Shown piece by piece: positions 14,704 to 27,489 of a stretch of DNA of 64,000 nt (the stretch's first letter is position 1; every line of letters begins with the position of its first letter). A model generated the notes under the pieces. The model ran no database searches, was not told the DNA's origin, and was given only the letters and a program-made list of their open reading frames with translations. Source of the DNA: Eledone cirrhosa. Its lineage: Eukaryota. The stretch lies in contig OZ024742.1 of assembly GCA_964016885.1 (NCBI GenBank), positions 8,432,001 through 8,496,000 on the forward strand, given 5' to 3'. Made by a program: the position numbers and the translations under genes.

Positions 14704-15575
14704 ATATATGTGTATATATATGTATACTATTGTATACTACCAGTGATACCCAGAGACATTAGTGTCTGCAGTTCTGTTCACATGCCAACACAAGAGCAAG
14801 AATGAAGGGTTCATTCTACTGACATGGCTATAACATTGAGGCTTGTTTGCATAATTGCAAACGAATCGAATGTTATTATTAATATTCGAAAATCTCAGAT
14901 TACACACACACACACAGACACACACATACGCACGCACACACACACACATATATGTATATATATACATCTGTGTACGCGTAGAAGTGAGTGTTTGTGTGTG
15001 TATGTGTGAGAATCTGAATGTATTTTTACCTCTTGTTTTTATGTGTAGCACGTATCTTCCTCCTTACTTGGCATATTGGACCTCAAAAGGCAACCATTTA
15101 ATAACAAAGTAACAATCTAGGAATCAAAACTGAAAGGTTTCATTTTCCCTTAGAAGTCATTTATAAACATTTTGTTTTTTTAACATTCTAACGTGTTCAC
15201 TTTCAAAGTAAATCAGGGTGGAACATTAATTAATTAATTAATCTATGATGATAATCAAACAAATAAACACATTATATAAAGACTGAAGCAATTAATATTT
15301 TGATAATTGGATCATTTTTTTATAGGAGGAATGCTGATTGCAGTCAGGCAATAACAGAGGTAGAAGTTTTTCTTGGAATATTCATATTTATTGAGTTACA
15401 CTTCCCAAATTTATAATTTTGGAAACCTTTATATGACTTCCCAAATATTCAACATCACACTTATATTTTACATACAATTATCAAAAACTCTAATTTTCAT
15501 AAGACATTAAATATAACACTCATTGTTTATAGCCCCACTATATACATACATATATACACACACGCACACGCACAC

Positions 15576-15699
<124 letters not shown>

Positions 15700-15837
15700 G
15701 AGAGACTAAAATAGGAAGAGGGCTCGATAAGGATTATATATGTATATATATATGTACATATATATATATCCACTACTCGGAGTACCCTAACTGGACTACA
15801 CCTAAGTGGACTACCTATAACAATAATCTGTTATCCC

Positions 15838-15911
<74 letters not shown>

Positions 15912-16118
15912 GAAGTAATTAAGTCCAGGAAAGAAGAGTGCTCTATGTAAGTAACATAACTATATATATATATATATATTAGAAAGTGAGGTTTTTTTTT
16001 TACAAAATGAAAAATAACCGAGGTGTCCTACACGAGTGGAAGTATAAAGAAAAAGAGATGAAATCGAAAATGCAACTGAAGTCTTATTTTTTTTAAAAAT
16101 ATATATATTTATTTGATT

Positions 16119-16156
16119 CCTTTACCGGTTTCGCAGTTCTTCTGCTTTTCAAAAGG
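16119..16156 (-). ncRNA. Decayed hammerhead motif
   Basis: Reverse complement: cctt-TTGAAAA-gcag aagaa ctgc-GAAA-ccgg-TA-aagg; stems intact, two core substitutions. Confidence 0.55.
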
Positions 16157-16192
16157 TGAGTTGAGATGGAGGGTCTGTGGTTTTTCTCACAT

Positions 16193-16220
16193 CTTATAAT
16201 AAATATTTACTCTACGGTTT

Positions 16221-16254
<34 letters not shown>

Positions 16255-16424
16255 ACCGTAGAGTAAATATTTATTATAAGAACAGATTAACGTTTAAGCA
16301 AAGAATCATTGCTTTCACCCATAATAACCGAATCTTCTGAAACTAAATGGATTAAACATTTTTTTTAGTTTCAGAAGGGTGAAAGCAGCGATTCATTGCT
16401 TAAAATTTAATCTGTTCTTATAAT
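16193..16424. repeat. Adjacent/overlapping inverted repeats; family also at 51250-51340
   Basis: cttataataaatatttactctacggtt / aaccgtagagtaaatatttattataag, and ttataagaacagattaa / ttaatctgttcttataa. Confidence 0.65.
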
Positions 16425-16859
16425 ATATATATATATACATTGCAAAGAAAAGGGACGATTTTAAATGTACATTCTCTATTTATCACATAACCCTGCTATA
16501 CGTATTTCAAAGACGTCAAAGTGATTCCATAATAACATTTTATCTTGTTTTCCTCAGACAGGTTTTAAGTTGTAATGTTTTTGATATGTTACAGTTGTTA
16601 GGAACGTGGTGGTAGTAGGCCACTACTGAGGTCATATGATGTACATAACTGTTTCTTTAGGCAGAGTGAGGGTGATGTTACGCTAGCTAAAATTCTTCGG
16701 GTGGACAGGAGACTAAGGTATCAAACGTATGTACACACACATACACACACACATTTATACATACATACAGATACTACATATACACACATATATATTCAGA
16801 GAGAGAGAGAGAGAGAGGGAGGGAGAGGGAGAGAGAGAGAGGGGGAGAGAGAGAGAGAA

Positions 16860-16931
<72 letters not shown>

Positions 16932-17619
16932 AGATCAAAAGATGGTTAAATGAGTTCCATGTATTTTATTATGCGCATTTCAAAAACAAATATCATCATG
17001 CAATAACATTTGTGTTTTCATCAGATAAAATAGGAGGACATGATATGAAGGTTAAAAAAAACTTGTGGATAGTGCAGTTTTAAATCAACATATGACAAGT
17101 AGTTTTAGATTGATGTGTGATATTGGGGAAAAATTTGTTTAGGGGGGGGGGTGTTAAGGATAAAAAAGAGGAGGAGATGAGAGTAAAAAGTGGAGGGGGA
17201 GGAGTATATGAGGAAGGATGAGATAGGAGGAGAGATGGGTGATAGAGAGAGAGAGATAGCTTTTATAACTGAGAAAAATATATTGTTTTACATAGAGAGG
17301 TTGAAAAAACCGTTGGAAGATAATGTATAAATTAAAAGAATTTGAAAATTAACGAAGAGAAAATTAATGTAAAGTTAAGGTTTGTATATTGAAGGTTTTA
17401 ATCATATGTGCGATGAAAAGAAATTGTTAATATGTATTAAGAATAATATTTAAGGGTTTAATAATATGTGCGATGGAAAGAAAATGTTAATATGTATTAA
17501 GAATAATATTTAAGGGTTTAATAATATGTGCGATGGAAAGAAAATGTTAATATGTATTAAGAATAATATTTAAGGGTTTAATAATATGTGCGATGGAAAG
17601 AAAATGTTGATTTGTATTA

Positions 17620-18960
17620 TTAAAAAATTGCAACACAGTTAACCTTTATATTATTAAGAACAATATACGTAATCTTTTTAACCAACATAACCTAAAAATT
17701 GAATTTGATAACCGCATCAAACTAGCTAATTTCTTGGATGTATCTCTTAATCTTGGCACTGGCCTATATTACCCTTACCATTAAAACAATGAGAACCTAA
17801 ATTATGTTAATTTTAAATCTAACCACCCTACCAATATTAAGAATGCCATAGTTAGTAATATTGGAAAAAGAATATCTAACCTATCTTCTAATAAAAACAT
17901 CTTTGATGCTAACGCCAATTACTATAATAACGCACTTTCTAAAGCCGGCTATCCTGATAAAATCAAATATAATAAAGAAACAAATTCTAGAAGATCTTAC
18001 AGTAGAATAATTAATCATGATCATTCCAATAACTTTAATAAAAGACCTAGATACAAAAACATAATCTGGTATAATGCTCCTTTCTCCATCTCTATTAATA
18101 ATAATATTCCTAAATTATTCTTTAGTGCCTTAAATAAGTGCTTCCCTCCCTCACATATCTATAGTAAAATATTTAACAAACACACTATAACATTTTCCTA
18201 TTCGACATCCTCCAACATTTCCAACATTATCTCTAAACACAACAATAAAATACTAAATACTAAATCTCTTCCTTCCAACACTGAATATCATAATAATAGT
18301 AATAGTACTCCCGACGTCATTGTAAACCCTAGGCTAATTTCTGCAAACCCAAATACAACGTCAAACACAACTTCGCTAAATGTTCTTAATCCCATTCTAA
18401 ATCAAGAAACTATTATTCCTATCGCCAATAACTTCTCCAATCCAATTCCTTCTATAGATAACACTAGGTCACTCGTTAATAATCTCTCTAATCGCAATTG
18501 CAATTGCCCTGCTAAAAATAAATGTCCTCTCAACAACCATTGTCTTTATAAAAACTTAATTTACGAATGTAAAGTTATAACTGACACCAATTCCTTCACC
18601 TATTTTGGCTCCACTTCCACCTCCTTTAAAGCTCGTCTTTATAATCATCATTCGTCTTTTAAATATAAACTTAAAAGAACCAACACGGCTCTCTCAGAAC
18701 TCATATGGTCCTTGAAAGACAAAAATATTAAATATAACATCTCTTGGAAAAAGGTTTCCTCTGCTTCTTGAACAGTTCTCTATCCAAGACTTGCAATCTC
18801 TGTCTAAATGAAAAATGTACCATTATTTCTAACTTAGATTCTATAATAAATAGACGCACTGACTTGTTTTCTATCTGCTTGCATAAATTCCACAGAATTT
18901 CCATAAAGTATACAGCTAATATGATAAACTATATCAATTCAGAATCCTTTTCTCAAAGGC
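17620..18960 (+). pseudogene. PLE RT thumb plus GIY-YIG endonuclease remnant (mostly missed by the ORF track)
   Basis: Manual translation: ANFLDVSLNL..YYPYH*NNENLNYVNFKSNHP..IIWYNAPFS..CNCPAKNKCPLNNHCL..LIYECKV..YFGST..FKARLYNHHSSF..TALSELIWSLKD, then a frameshift to CNLCLNEK..NRRTDLFSICLH; homologous to the 38568-41024 protein. Confidence 0.88.
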
Positions 18961-19526
18961 ATATATATATATATATAGGAACAAGTAAGACCCCGACGGC
19001 TGAGCTCAAGCTGTTTCGATGGCTAATTCTGTACTGAATGAAAATTTATTCTGGTATTTAAATAGCCGAGCTTATCAAGGGGTAATTCCATATATGGTCA
19101 AAGAGATAATCACCAGGATTGGTCACATCACAAGTTAGTAGTAAATCTGTGATGGCAAATTGGTGGGGGAAGGGGTAGCTAAACCTGCCGGTAGGAGAAA
19201 AGGGAGAGGGGGTGGAGTAGACCCATTCATGCGTTGGTAGTGCCAGCTACAGCTGGGCGTGAGGTCAAAGAGGATACTGGGGAGGGGGAGGGGGAGGAGG
19301 TCGAAACGGTAAGTAGAACAATGAAGGGTAAAACTATAAAAGGTACTGAGAGAGAAAAAAAAAATAAGCAACGTCTGGTTACTAAGACTTAAGTCTCTCG
19401 CTATTGCTAGGCTAAAGAAATACATAAATAAATAAATAAACAAATAAGTGAATAAAAGATTAGGTAAATAAATTTAAAAATAAAATATATATATATATAA
19501 TGAAGAATAAAAAAATAAATAATAAT

Positions 19527-19710
19527 AATTGTTTCTACTTTTGGCACAAGGCCATCAATTATCCCAGTGCATTACTGGTACTTTATTTTATCGACCTCGT
19601 AAGGATGAAAGGCAAAGTCAACCTCGGCGGGATTTGAACTCAGATCGTAAAGGGACGTAACTATGCTGGAAAGCATGGTGTCTGACCCTCCACCGATACT
19701 GCCAATCCAC
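19527..19710 (-). mobile_element. tRNA-derived SINE family A (inserted in the nested PLE)
   Basis: A box TGGCAGTATCGG and B box GAGTTCAAATCC on the minus strand; multicopy in this window. Confidence 0.85.
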
Positions 19711-20449
19711 AATAAAAATAAACTAGGTGGGACGGAAATAAAGGGACCCTTATACGAGGTATAAGTGCGTGTATCGTACGGTGACGGGTCAACAAAGGGG
19801 GGGGGGGGGCAAAATACTAAAGAGACTACCACGAAATAATAAAGGTTTCTACCCCAATCGCAGGGCCAGCAACCACCCAGTGCAAGAAAGTAAACTAGTA
19901 CGAGAATATAATTCAGGGTCCCGCAAAAAAATACTAGTGCTAACTCTAAGGGTACCGCCACGAAACAAAAAGTCTTATACAAGCTACATGAAAGATCGTA
20001 CGAAGTAAAAGTAAAGAACGGAAAATTAATACAGGAACACCCCCCCCCCCCAAAAAAAAAGGGAAAAAGAAGAAAGAAATACTGGATAAACGAGAAATTA
20101 AAGCAAAGATGCCACTAAGAAATATAGAAGGCACGGAAAAAAGGGACAACGGTCGGAGAAGGGCGCGAGTATCCGAAGTCTAACACCTCTGCTATAAAAA
20201 GCGGAGTCAGCCAAATCTATCATAGAATAGGGGAGAGTGGTGGTGGTGCTCAAGCTACAAGGGACCGATGGGCTACCTCGGGTGGGCGAGAAAAAGACGA
20301 CGACAAAGAAAAGGAACTGGGGTAGAAGGACTAGGGAGGGATGGGGGGAAGGAGGAAATATAGAGGAAGCGATAAAGGAATGTAAAAGAAGATCTTACGT
20401 CTCCATTGGCAAGCAGGGGTTACCCATTACAAAATAGGCAAGTGGGGTG

Positions 20450-21001
20450 TTATAGCCCTAGTCTACCCCCCCCCCCCCCCGGGTCAATATGGGGTTTGAG
20501 GGAGAGGTAAGTCCTACGTAATCGGTGTTTACATGCATTAACCAGTTCATCTTTCTTGTTTAGGAGTTGGTCCGTCGAAAACAGCATTGGTAAAGTTTCC
20601 TCCGAGCATAAATTGCACGGACGGCGTCCTCCCGTGTAAGAGTTGGCTCTGGACAGTAATTTCCAAGTGAGATCATAGTTGATGTTGTTGTCCTTGAGGT
20701 CCCATATGTGGCCCGAAAGTGTAGTGGCGTGACGCCGGGCCGGGTTTCGGAAGGTATGTCTGTGTTGGTATAGCCGGGTCTTGAAGTCACATGCAGTTAA
20801 TCCTATATAAGCTTTGTTGGAGGTGTCCGTGCTCACGTTGCACTGGTAGATCACATTACGGTCTCTGCATCTGTTGTCGAGGGGGCAACTGGATCTATCA
20901 GGACAGTTGCACCTCCTGGTCGGCTCTCCACTGCTATTTAGGTTGTTTCTTCCATAGGGGTTGAGTTTTTTTGTTGTTGGAGGAGACGATGTTTTACCCA
21001 C
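20450..21001 (-). pseudogene. PLE GIY-YIG endonuclease domain, 5'-truncated
   Basis: CNCPDRSSCPLDNRC..NVIYQC..AYIGLT..FKTRLYQHRHTF..TTLSGHIWDLKD..CNLCSEE..LLNKKDELVNACKHR; the track's start codon lies at the inversion junction. Confidence 0.88.
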
Positions 21002-21937
21002 TCTACTACCCTAAGTATTGAGTACTTTGGTGCGTTATGGTCCACCTGGTTCCTTACCACATTTCCTTCGTTATATATATATATATATACTTCTTTAAAA
21101 ATATACCCATCTTTCTACCTTTTTTCAAAGTTATTCATTATATTTATTATATTTATTATATTCTACATCACTCCTAATTTCTAACCCCTAATCTGTACCT
21201 TTTCTCACTGTGCCTAACATAGAAACAATTATTACACAAGACACCATATTCTTACTTCATATCACCTTGAAAAAATCCTTCGTAAACATAAATATTTTTT
21301 GACGTTAGATTATTCATCCTCTATTCATTATTTTTTTCTCCCTTTCATCTAACTTATTCATGCTCATCTCACAATATATCCTTACTTACATTACTTCTGT
21401 TTTTTTAATAATACATATCAACATTTTCTTTCCATCGCACATATTATTAAACCCTTAAATATTATTCTTAATACATATTAACATTTTCTTTCCATCGCAC
21501 ATATTATTAAACCCTTAAATATTATTTTTATTACATATTAACAATTTCTTTTCATCGCACATATTATTAAACCCTTCAATATACAAACCTTAACTTTACA
21601 TTATTTTTCTCTTCGTTAATTTTCAAATTCTTTTAATTTATACATTATCTTCCAACGGTTTTTTCAACCTCTCTATGTAAAACAATATATTTTTCTCAGT
21701 TATAAAAAGCTATCTCTCTTTCTCTATCACCCATCTCTCCTCCTATCTCATCCTTCCTCACTATACTCCTCCCCCTCCACTTTTTACTCTCATCTCCTCC
21801 TCTTTTTCATCCTTTCCACCCCCCCCCCCTCACAAATTTTTCCCCAATATCACACATCAATCTAAAACTACTTTTCATATGTTGATTTAAAACTGCACTA
21901 TACACAAGTGTTTTTTAACCTTCATATCATGTCCTCC

Positions 21938-22008
21938 TATTTTATCTGATGAAAACACAAATGTTATTGCATGATGATATTTGTTTTTGAAATGCGCATA
22001 ATAAAATA
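21938..22008 (+). ncRNA. Type I hammerhead ribozyme in PLE terminal repeat (inverted copy at 16962-17032)
   Basis: tattttat-CTGATGA-aaacacaaatgtt...gatatttgttttt-GAAA-tgcgca-TA-ataaaata; perfect 8-bp stem I, palindromic ATGCGCAT stem III. Confidence 0.92.
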
Positions 22009-22338
22009 CATGGAACTCATTTAACCATCTTTTGATTTTATATATTATGTATACTCCAGTCCTACAAATTGTAGAGTGCTACTTATCCGATATCTGCATT
22101 GCTTAATTGTACTACAATAAAACTCACCTCCTATATATATATTGATATTTTTTATCTGTTTGGCCCGAATCTTCCTTTATCGATTTTAAATCGTATGGTT
22201 GATTGTAGACTTGTTCTATATGTGACGGTATTTTAACGATAGTTATAGCTCTGATTCATCTGAATTATTGAGCCCTCTGCCGCTCATATCGAATTTCGTT
22301 TATCGTGAACTCGTGCGCCGATTTTTCGATACTCGATC

Positions 22339-22396
<58 letters not shown>

Positions 22397-22722
22397 GTTA
22401 ATTCATTTAAAAGCACTCAACGTTTACTAAATTTATTAGACGACGCATTGTCTCGCACAACTGAAGACGTTTTTCATAGATCGTAGATTGGGAAATGGCG
22501 CCATTGAAACTTGATATGAAAGTTTAAACCTGAGGGTTTGGCAGAATCTGCTTCACACATAATCCTTTATAAGTTATGTCTTGTCCCATAAAGTAGGAAT
22601 TATGTTCTTAATGCTGCGTTGCAAATGTTGGCGCCTCAAACCCTGTAACGGATGCCACCGCCTCCATTCAAACATTGACCCACACAAACAAACACAGACA
22701 CCCATACACACCCACACACCCA

Positions 22723-22753
<31 letters not shown>

Positions 22754-22867
22754 TATATATACAAATAGAAGTTCAGTAAAATCGAAGTTTTGGCTGTGGC
22801 CAAGCTAACAATATACAATCAGGAATGTGCAGCAAAGCACTCGATAAGGTTGTGTCACCTTAGAGTA

Positions 22868-23055
22868 ATAACTGTTTCTACTTCAGGCACAAGGTCAGCA
22901 ATTACCCAGTGCATTACTGGTACTTTATTTTATCGACCCCGTAAGGATGAAAGGCAAAGTCAACCTCGGCGGGATTTGAACTCAGATCGTAAAGGGACGT
23001 AACTATGGTGGAAAGCATGGTGTCCGACCCTCTACCGATACTGCCAATCCACCTT
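22868..23055 (-). mobile_element. tRNA-derived SINE family A
   Basis: Near-identical to 19527-19710. Confidence 0.85.
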
Positions 23056-23443
23056 AGAATAATAATATACGTTAGATAGCTTCAGAAATTGAAGACTGCG
23101 ACCGGTCACCCAGCCACATGAACCAAAGCAAGGAGAAAAGTAACTCAGGTAATTGACATATATTCTGATAAATGATCGGAGGCCATATTCAGTTGATTCA
23201 GGTTTATTTAAAAGTCCGTTATACATATTTCACTGAGGACTATCAGTTATGATAGCCTCAGATCTTCACACGGCAAAACCTAAAATAAACATAAACATTT
23301 CCCAAGAAACTTTTAAATTCGAAAAATCCCATAATTTCCCCGAAAAAGATTTTCTGTTCATGATACAGGGGGCCGGCCAAACGCGTGGCGTTGTTTTGCT
23401 CGACGGCCGGTCCCTGTATATATATATATATATATATATATAT

Positions 23444-23852
<409 letters not shown>

Positions 23853-23930
23853 ATATATATTATATATATATATATATATATAATATATATATATAAATAA
23901 TATATATATATATATATATAATATATATAT

Positions 23931-24171
<241 letters not shown>

Positions 24172-25163
24172 GGATAAAGTTAGTCCTTCATCAGTGATCT
24201 TCCAACCTTCATTGGTATTTCATCGCTTTAAAGACCATACACCTCCGGTTGGTGCGAGCAACGGCTAAAGAAAGTCATTGGGACACGTAAATAAGGGGAA
24301 CGAGCGAGACTGTAAACAATCAAAGATGGTAATGCAACGAAAAGTGAGGAAGAAGGAGTCAAGTCCCAGAATTATATGAATATAAGTTCTGTGAAATCGT
24401 GGACGAGAGAGAATAAAGACCATCAAACCTAGTCGAAATGTGAGCAAGGAAAGAATTTCGCACAGGTCAAACGGAAGGAAGAAGGAGTCTAGTCCCTGAA
24501 TTCGGTGAACATAAGTTCTGTGAAATCGTAGACAAGAGAGAAAAAATGCCGACTGGCCTGGCCAAGCTTGCGAAAAGGAACAACCAACCTGGTCAAGTGT
24601 GCGCGAGGAAAGAATTTCGCACAGGTCAAACGGGAGGAAGTAGGAGACGGAGTAGCAGAGAGTGAGTGAGTGAAGAGTGAGGAAGAGGCTAACAGAGAGA
24701 GTGACTGTTAGAGAGGGTAAAGGGAGGTGAAAGATACAGAGAAAGAGGAAGCAGTAAGAATGAAAAGGACGGGTCACAGCGGAGGAAAATATGTGTGAAT
24801 ATGAAAACAAGACGCGCTGTGTGGTTGCATAAGGGTTACATATGAATAAAGTTAGTCCTTCATCAGTGATCTTGCAAATATGTATATGCCGGCGAAACAA
24901 TTGTAACATGCAATAAACTGAGTTCAGATGCATCACTGATTTTTAGTTATTTTATACTATTCACACTCTACTCTGTATGAATATTGAGTCCTAATTTTGG
25001 CATACCGCCTATGGAGGCCCCATAGCTACCATTATACACAAGTATATATGTATATATATATATATATATGTATGTATGTAAAAAGTAAACAGAAATAACA
25101 ACACAATCGGTAAAGTATATGAAAGGGATATATTCTGTTAACGCTTGATATAGCAGCAAGAGG

Positions 25164-25201
25164 TTCTTAACGTTTCGGGCACTAGTCCTTCATCAGAAAA
25201 A
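25164..25201 (-). ncRNA. Minimal type I hammerhead ribozyme
   Basis: Reverse complement: ttttt-CTGATGA-agg actagtg ccc-GAAA-cg-TT-aagaa. Confidence 0.75.
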
Positions 25202-25381
25202 AGAATGAGAAATATGATAGATTGAGGGGACGGGCGGGTTGGAATTGGAAAAAATGTGTTTAGATAAAAATAAGAGGTCCATATAGTTACGAGGTAGTTT
25301 TGGAGAGCATTGTGATTATATAATAATTTCAAATGGTTGGAAGGCCAAATAATGGTCAATAAAAAATTGAATGTAGTGATT

Positions 25382-25424
25382 TATTCATAAATATTTCAGA
25401 CTTAAAGACCTTCATCAGTGAATA
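25382..25424 (-). ncRNA. Minimal type I hammerhead ribozyme
   Basis: Reverse complement: tattca-CTGATGA-aggtctttaagtct-GAAA-tatt-TA-tgaata; perfect 6-bp stem I. Confidence 0.7.
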
Positions 25425-25564
25425 GAAGATTGTTTTAGTTTTATCAGTCGAAGTTTGAAATAGCATAAGAAGGTGTTAGAAGTTGACAGAACAGATTATA
25501 AATGTAAGGATCCGTTAAGGTGAACCAACTGTTCCCGCTATGGTGAACTAACTGTTGTGTAACC

Positions 25565-25658
<94 letters not shown>

Positions 25659-25725
25659 GTAGAGCTGAGGATCCGCTAAGGTGAACCAATTGTTCCCGGT
25701 ATGGTGAACTAACTGTTGTGTAACC

Positions 25726-25798
<73 letters not shown>

Positions 25799-26333
25799 TT
25801 AATTTAAGGGTATATATATACTAATTTAATTGGACAATTCTATTGATTTGTTAATTGTTTATGTTTGTTTAATAACATCTAGTTGAGAGCTGTATTTTGA
25901 CCGCCAAAACCGGGGATTATCTCCCTTCAGGAAAACCACGTGACTACTAGCGGTGTTTACTGCTAAAATTCACAACCGGAGCGGCCTAGAAGGAAAATTT
26001 GTTGAAGTAAATCCACTGTTCTATCTTCCAAGACGAATAACTTGCAGGCCCTGCAAGTGGACTTTGTTGATTTCGGATTTACAGAAACCTAGCGGGGATA
26101 TTGTATAATATCGACGCGATGGTCCAGGTTTGACATATTTTCCCGAGTCAGTTTTTTTCGTTACTTTGGTCCCTGTGGCTGGCTCATCAGTCGCTGTCTT
26201 CAATTTGCAAAGTTGTCTAAACGTAATGTTATAACTCTAAGGTAAAATACCTTATTGAGTGCTTAGCTGTACATTCCGATTGCATTCGTTAGTTTAGCTG
26301 CAGCCAGAGCTACGATTATGCTGTACTTCCATT

Positions 26334-26410
<77 letters not shown>

Positions 26411-26415
26411 GTATA

Positions 26416-26500
<85 letters not shown>

Positions 26501-26617
26501 GATTCCACTCCCTCGGAGGACTAACAACAAACCAAAGAGCTGGACATGTCGATGAATTGACAGAGTGGAACACATCTCAACAACATGTTTACCTATTTTT
26601 TTCTACATTAATTCGTA

Positions 26618-26670
26618 CTGCCTGAAGAGGTCACAGCCAATAATAACTGTCACTGGAATATATATAGCAG
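26618..26670 (+). ncRNA. Hammerhead motif with GGAA in place of GAAA
   Basis: ctgc-CTGAAGA-g gtcacag...ctgtcac t-GGAA-tatata-TA-gcag. Confidence 0.6.
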
Positions 26671-26715
26671 AGAATTTATAATAAACGAAGCCAAATTTAA
26701 CATGTTTGACTTACT

Positions 26716-26779
<64 letters not shown>

Positions 26780-26780
<1 letters not shown>

Positions 26781-26986
26781 AGAATGAAACGAATTTTCAT
26801 TTCTCACTGTTAGTACGGCACTTTCTTAAATGTAAGTATGTATGTATACGTACATAGATATATGTATACATACGTACAGTAGTATGTATATATATACATA
26901 CATGTACACATATATATATATGCACGTATCGGTTTACCGAACATTTATTATAATGCTCGGTTTGTTTGTTTGTAAACAAACAAACA
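26780..26986 (-). mobile_element. Fragment of the 430-nt retrozyme-like repeat (no HHR)
   Basis: Matches ~3735-3925. Confidence 0.75.
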
Positions 26987-27489
26987 GCCCTCCCCTAAGT
27001 GTGTATTTTCCCTCTCCTAAGTGTGAATATAAAATGTTTTGTTTTTTTCACGCCAGGAACTATTCGTCTTTTGTTAACGGTCGAAGTTTGTAAAAGCTTT
27101 AGTTAAATTCATCGTAAAAGGTGTTAGATTTTCCAACATGGCCGGTATCCAATGTTCTGACATCAGTAAAAACGAACGAATGAATGATAGGGAACCCTTC
27201 CTGTATTTCCAAATTTGACGCATTGTGCTTATATTAGATAGCAATATTTAAACTGACTGACAGAGAAGGACGGCAACAAGACAGGAAATGACCAGAACAT
27301 ATTGACTTTGAAATTTGTTGTTTAATTTGTTGGATTAGTTTCTGTGTTTTTATCTCACTTATCAGGAACATTAACAGGTTAACTTTAATGATGGCGGCTG
27401 TGATTGCTGTTGTAATTTATGGCTCTTCATGAATCAAACAGACAAGTATCGTTGAAGAGACGATAAATTAAAGAGTGAATATAGATGAC

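Larger units (their letters stand above)
18975..21072 (-). mobile_element. Nested 5'-truncated PLE (endonuclease domain plus 3' region) with short inverted end
   Basis: GIY-YIG ORF 20450-~20995 (-); decayed HHR ~18989-19084 (-): acccc-TTGATAA..ggcta..tagcc..GAAA cagc ttgagctca gccg TC ggggt; inverted end 20995-21072; flanked by (TA)n. Confidence 0.85.
16922..22134 (+). mobile_element. 5'-truncated PLE with ~700-bp inverted terminal repeat, interrupted by a second PLE
   Basis: 16922-17620 is the reverse complement of ~21400-22048 and includes 60-bp tandem repeats; coding remnant 17620-18960; HHRs at 16962-17032 (-) and 21938-22008 (+). Confidence 0.88.

Noticed and set aside
25900-26330. Possible Crypton/tyrosine recombinase remnant (YYTISPLG) on the minus strand
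   Set aside because: Motif too short; catalytic HxxR not found
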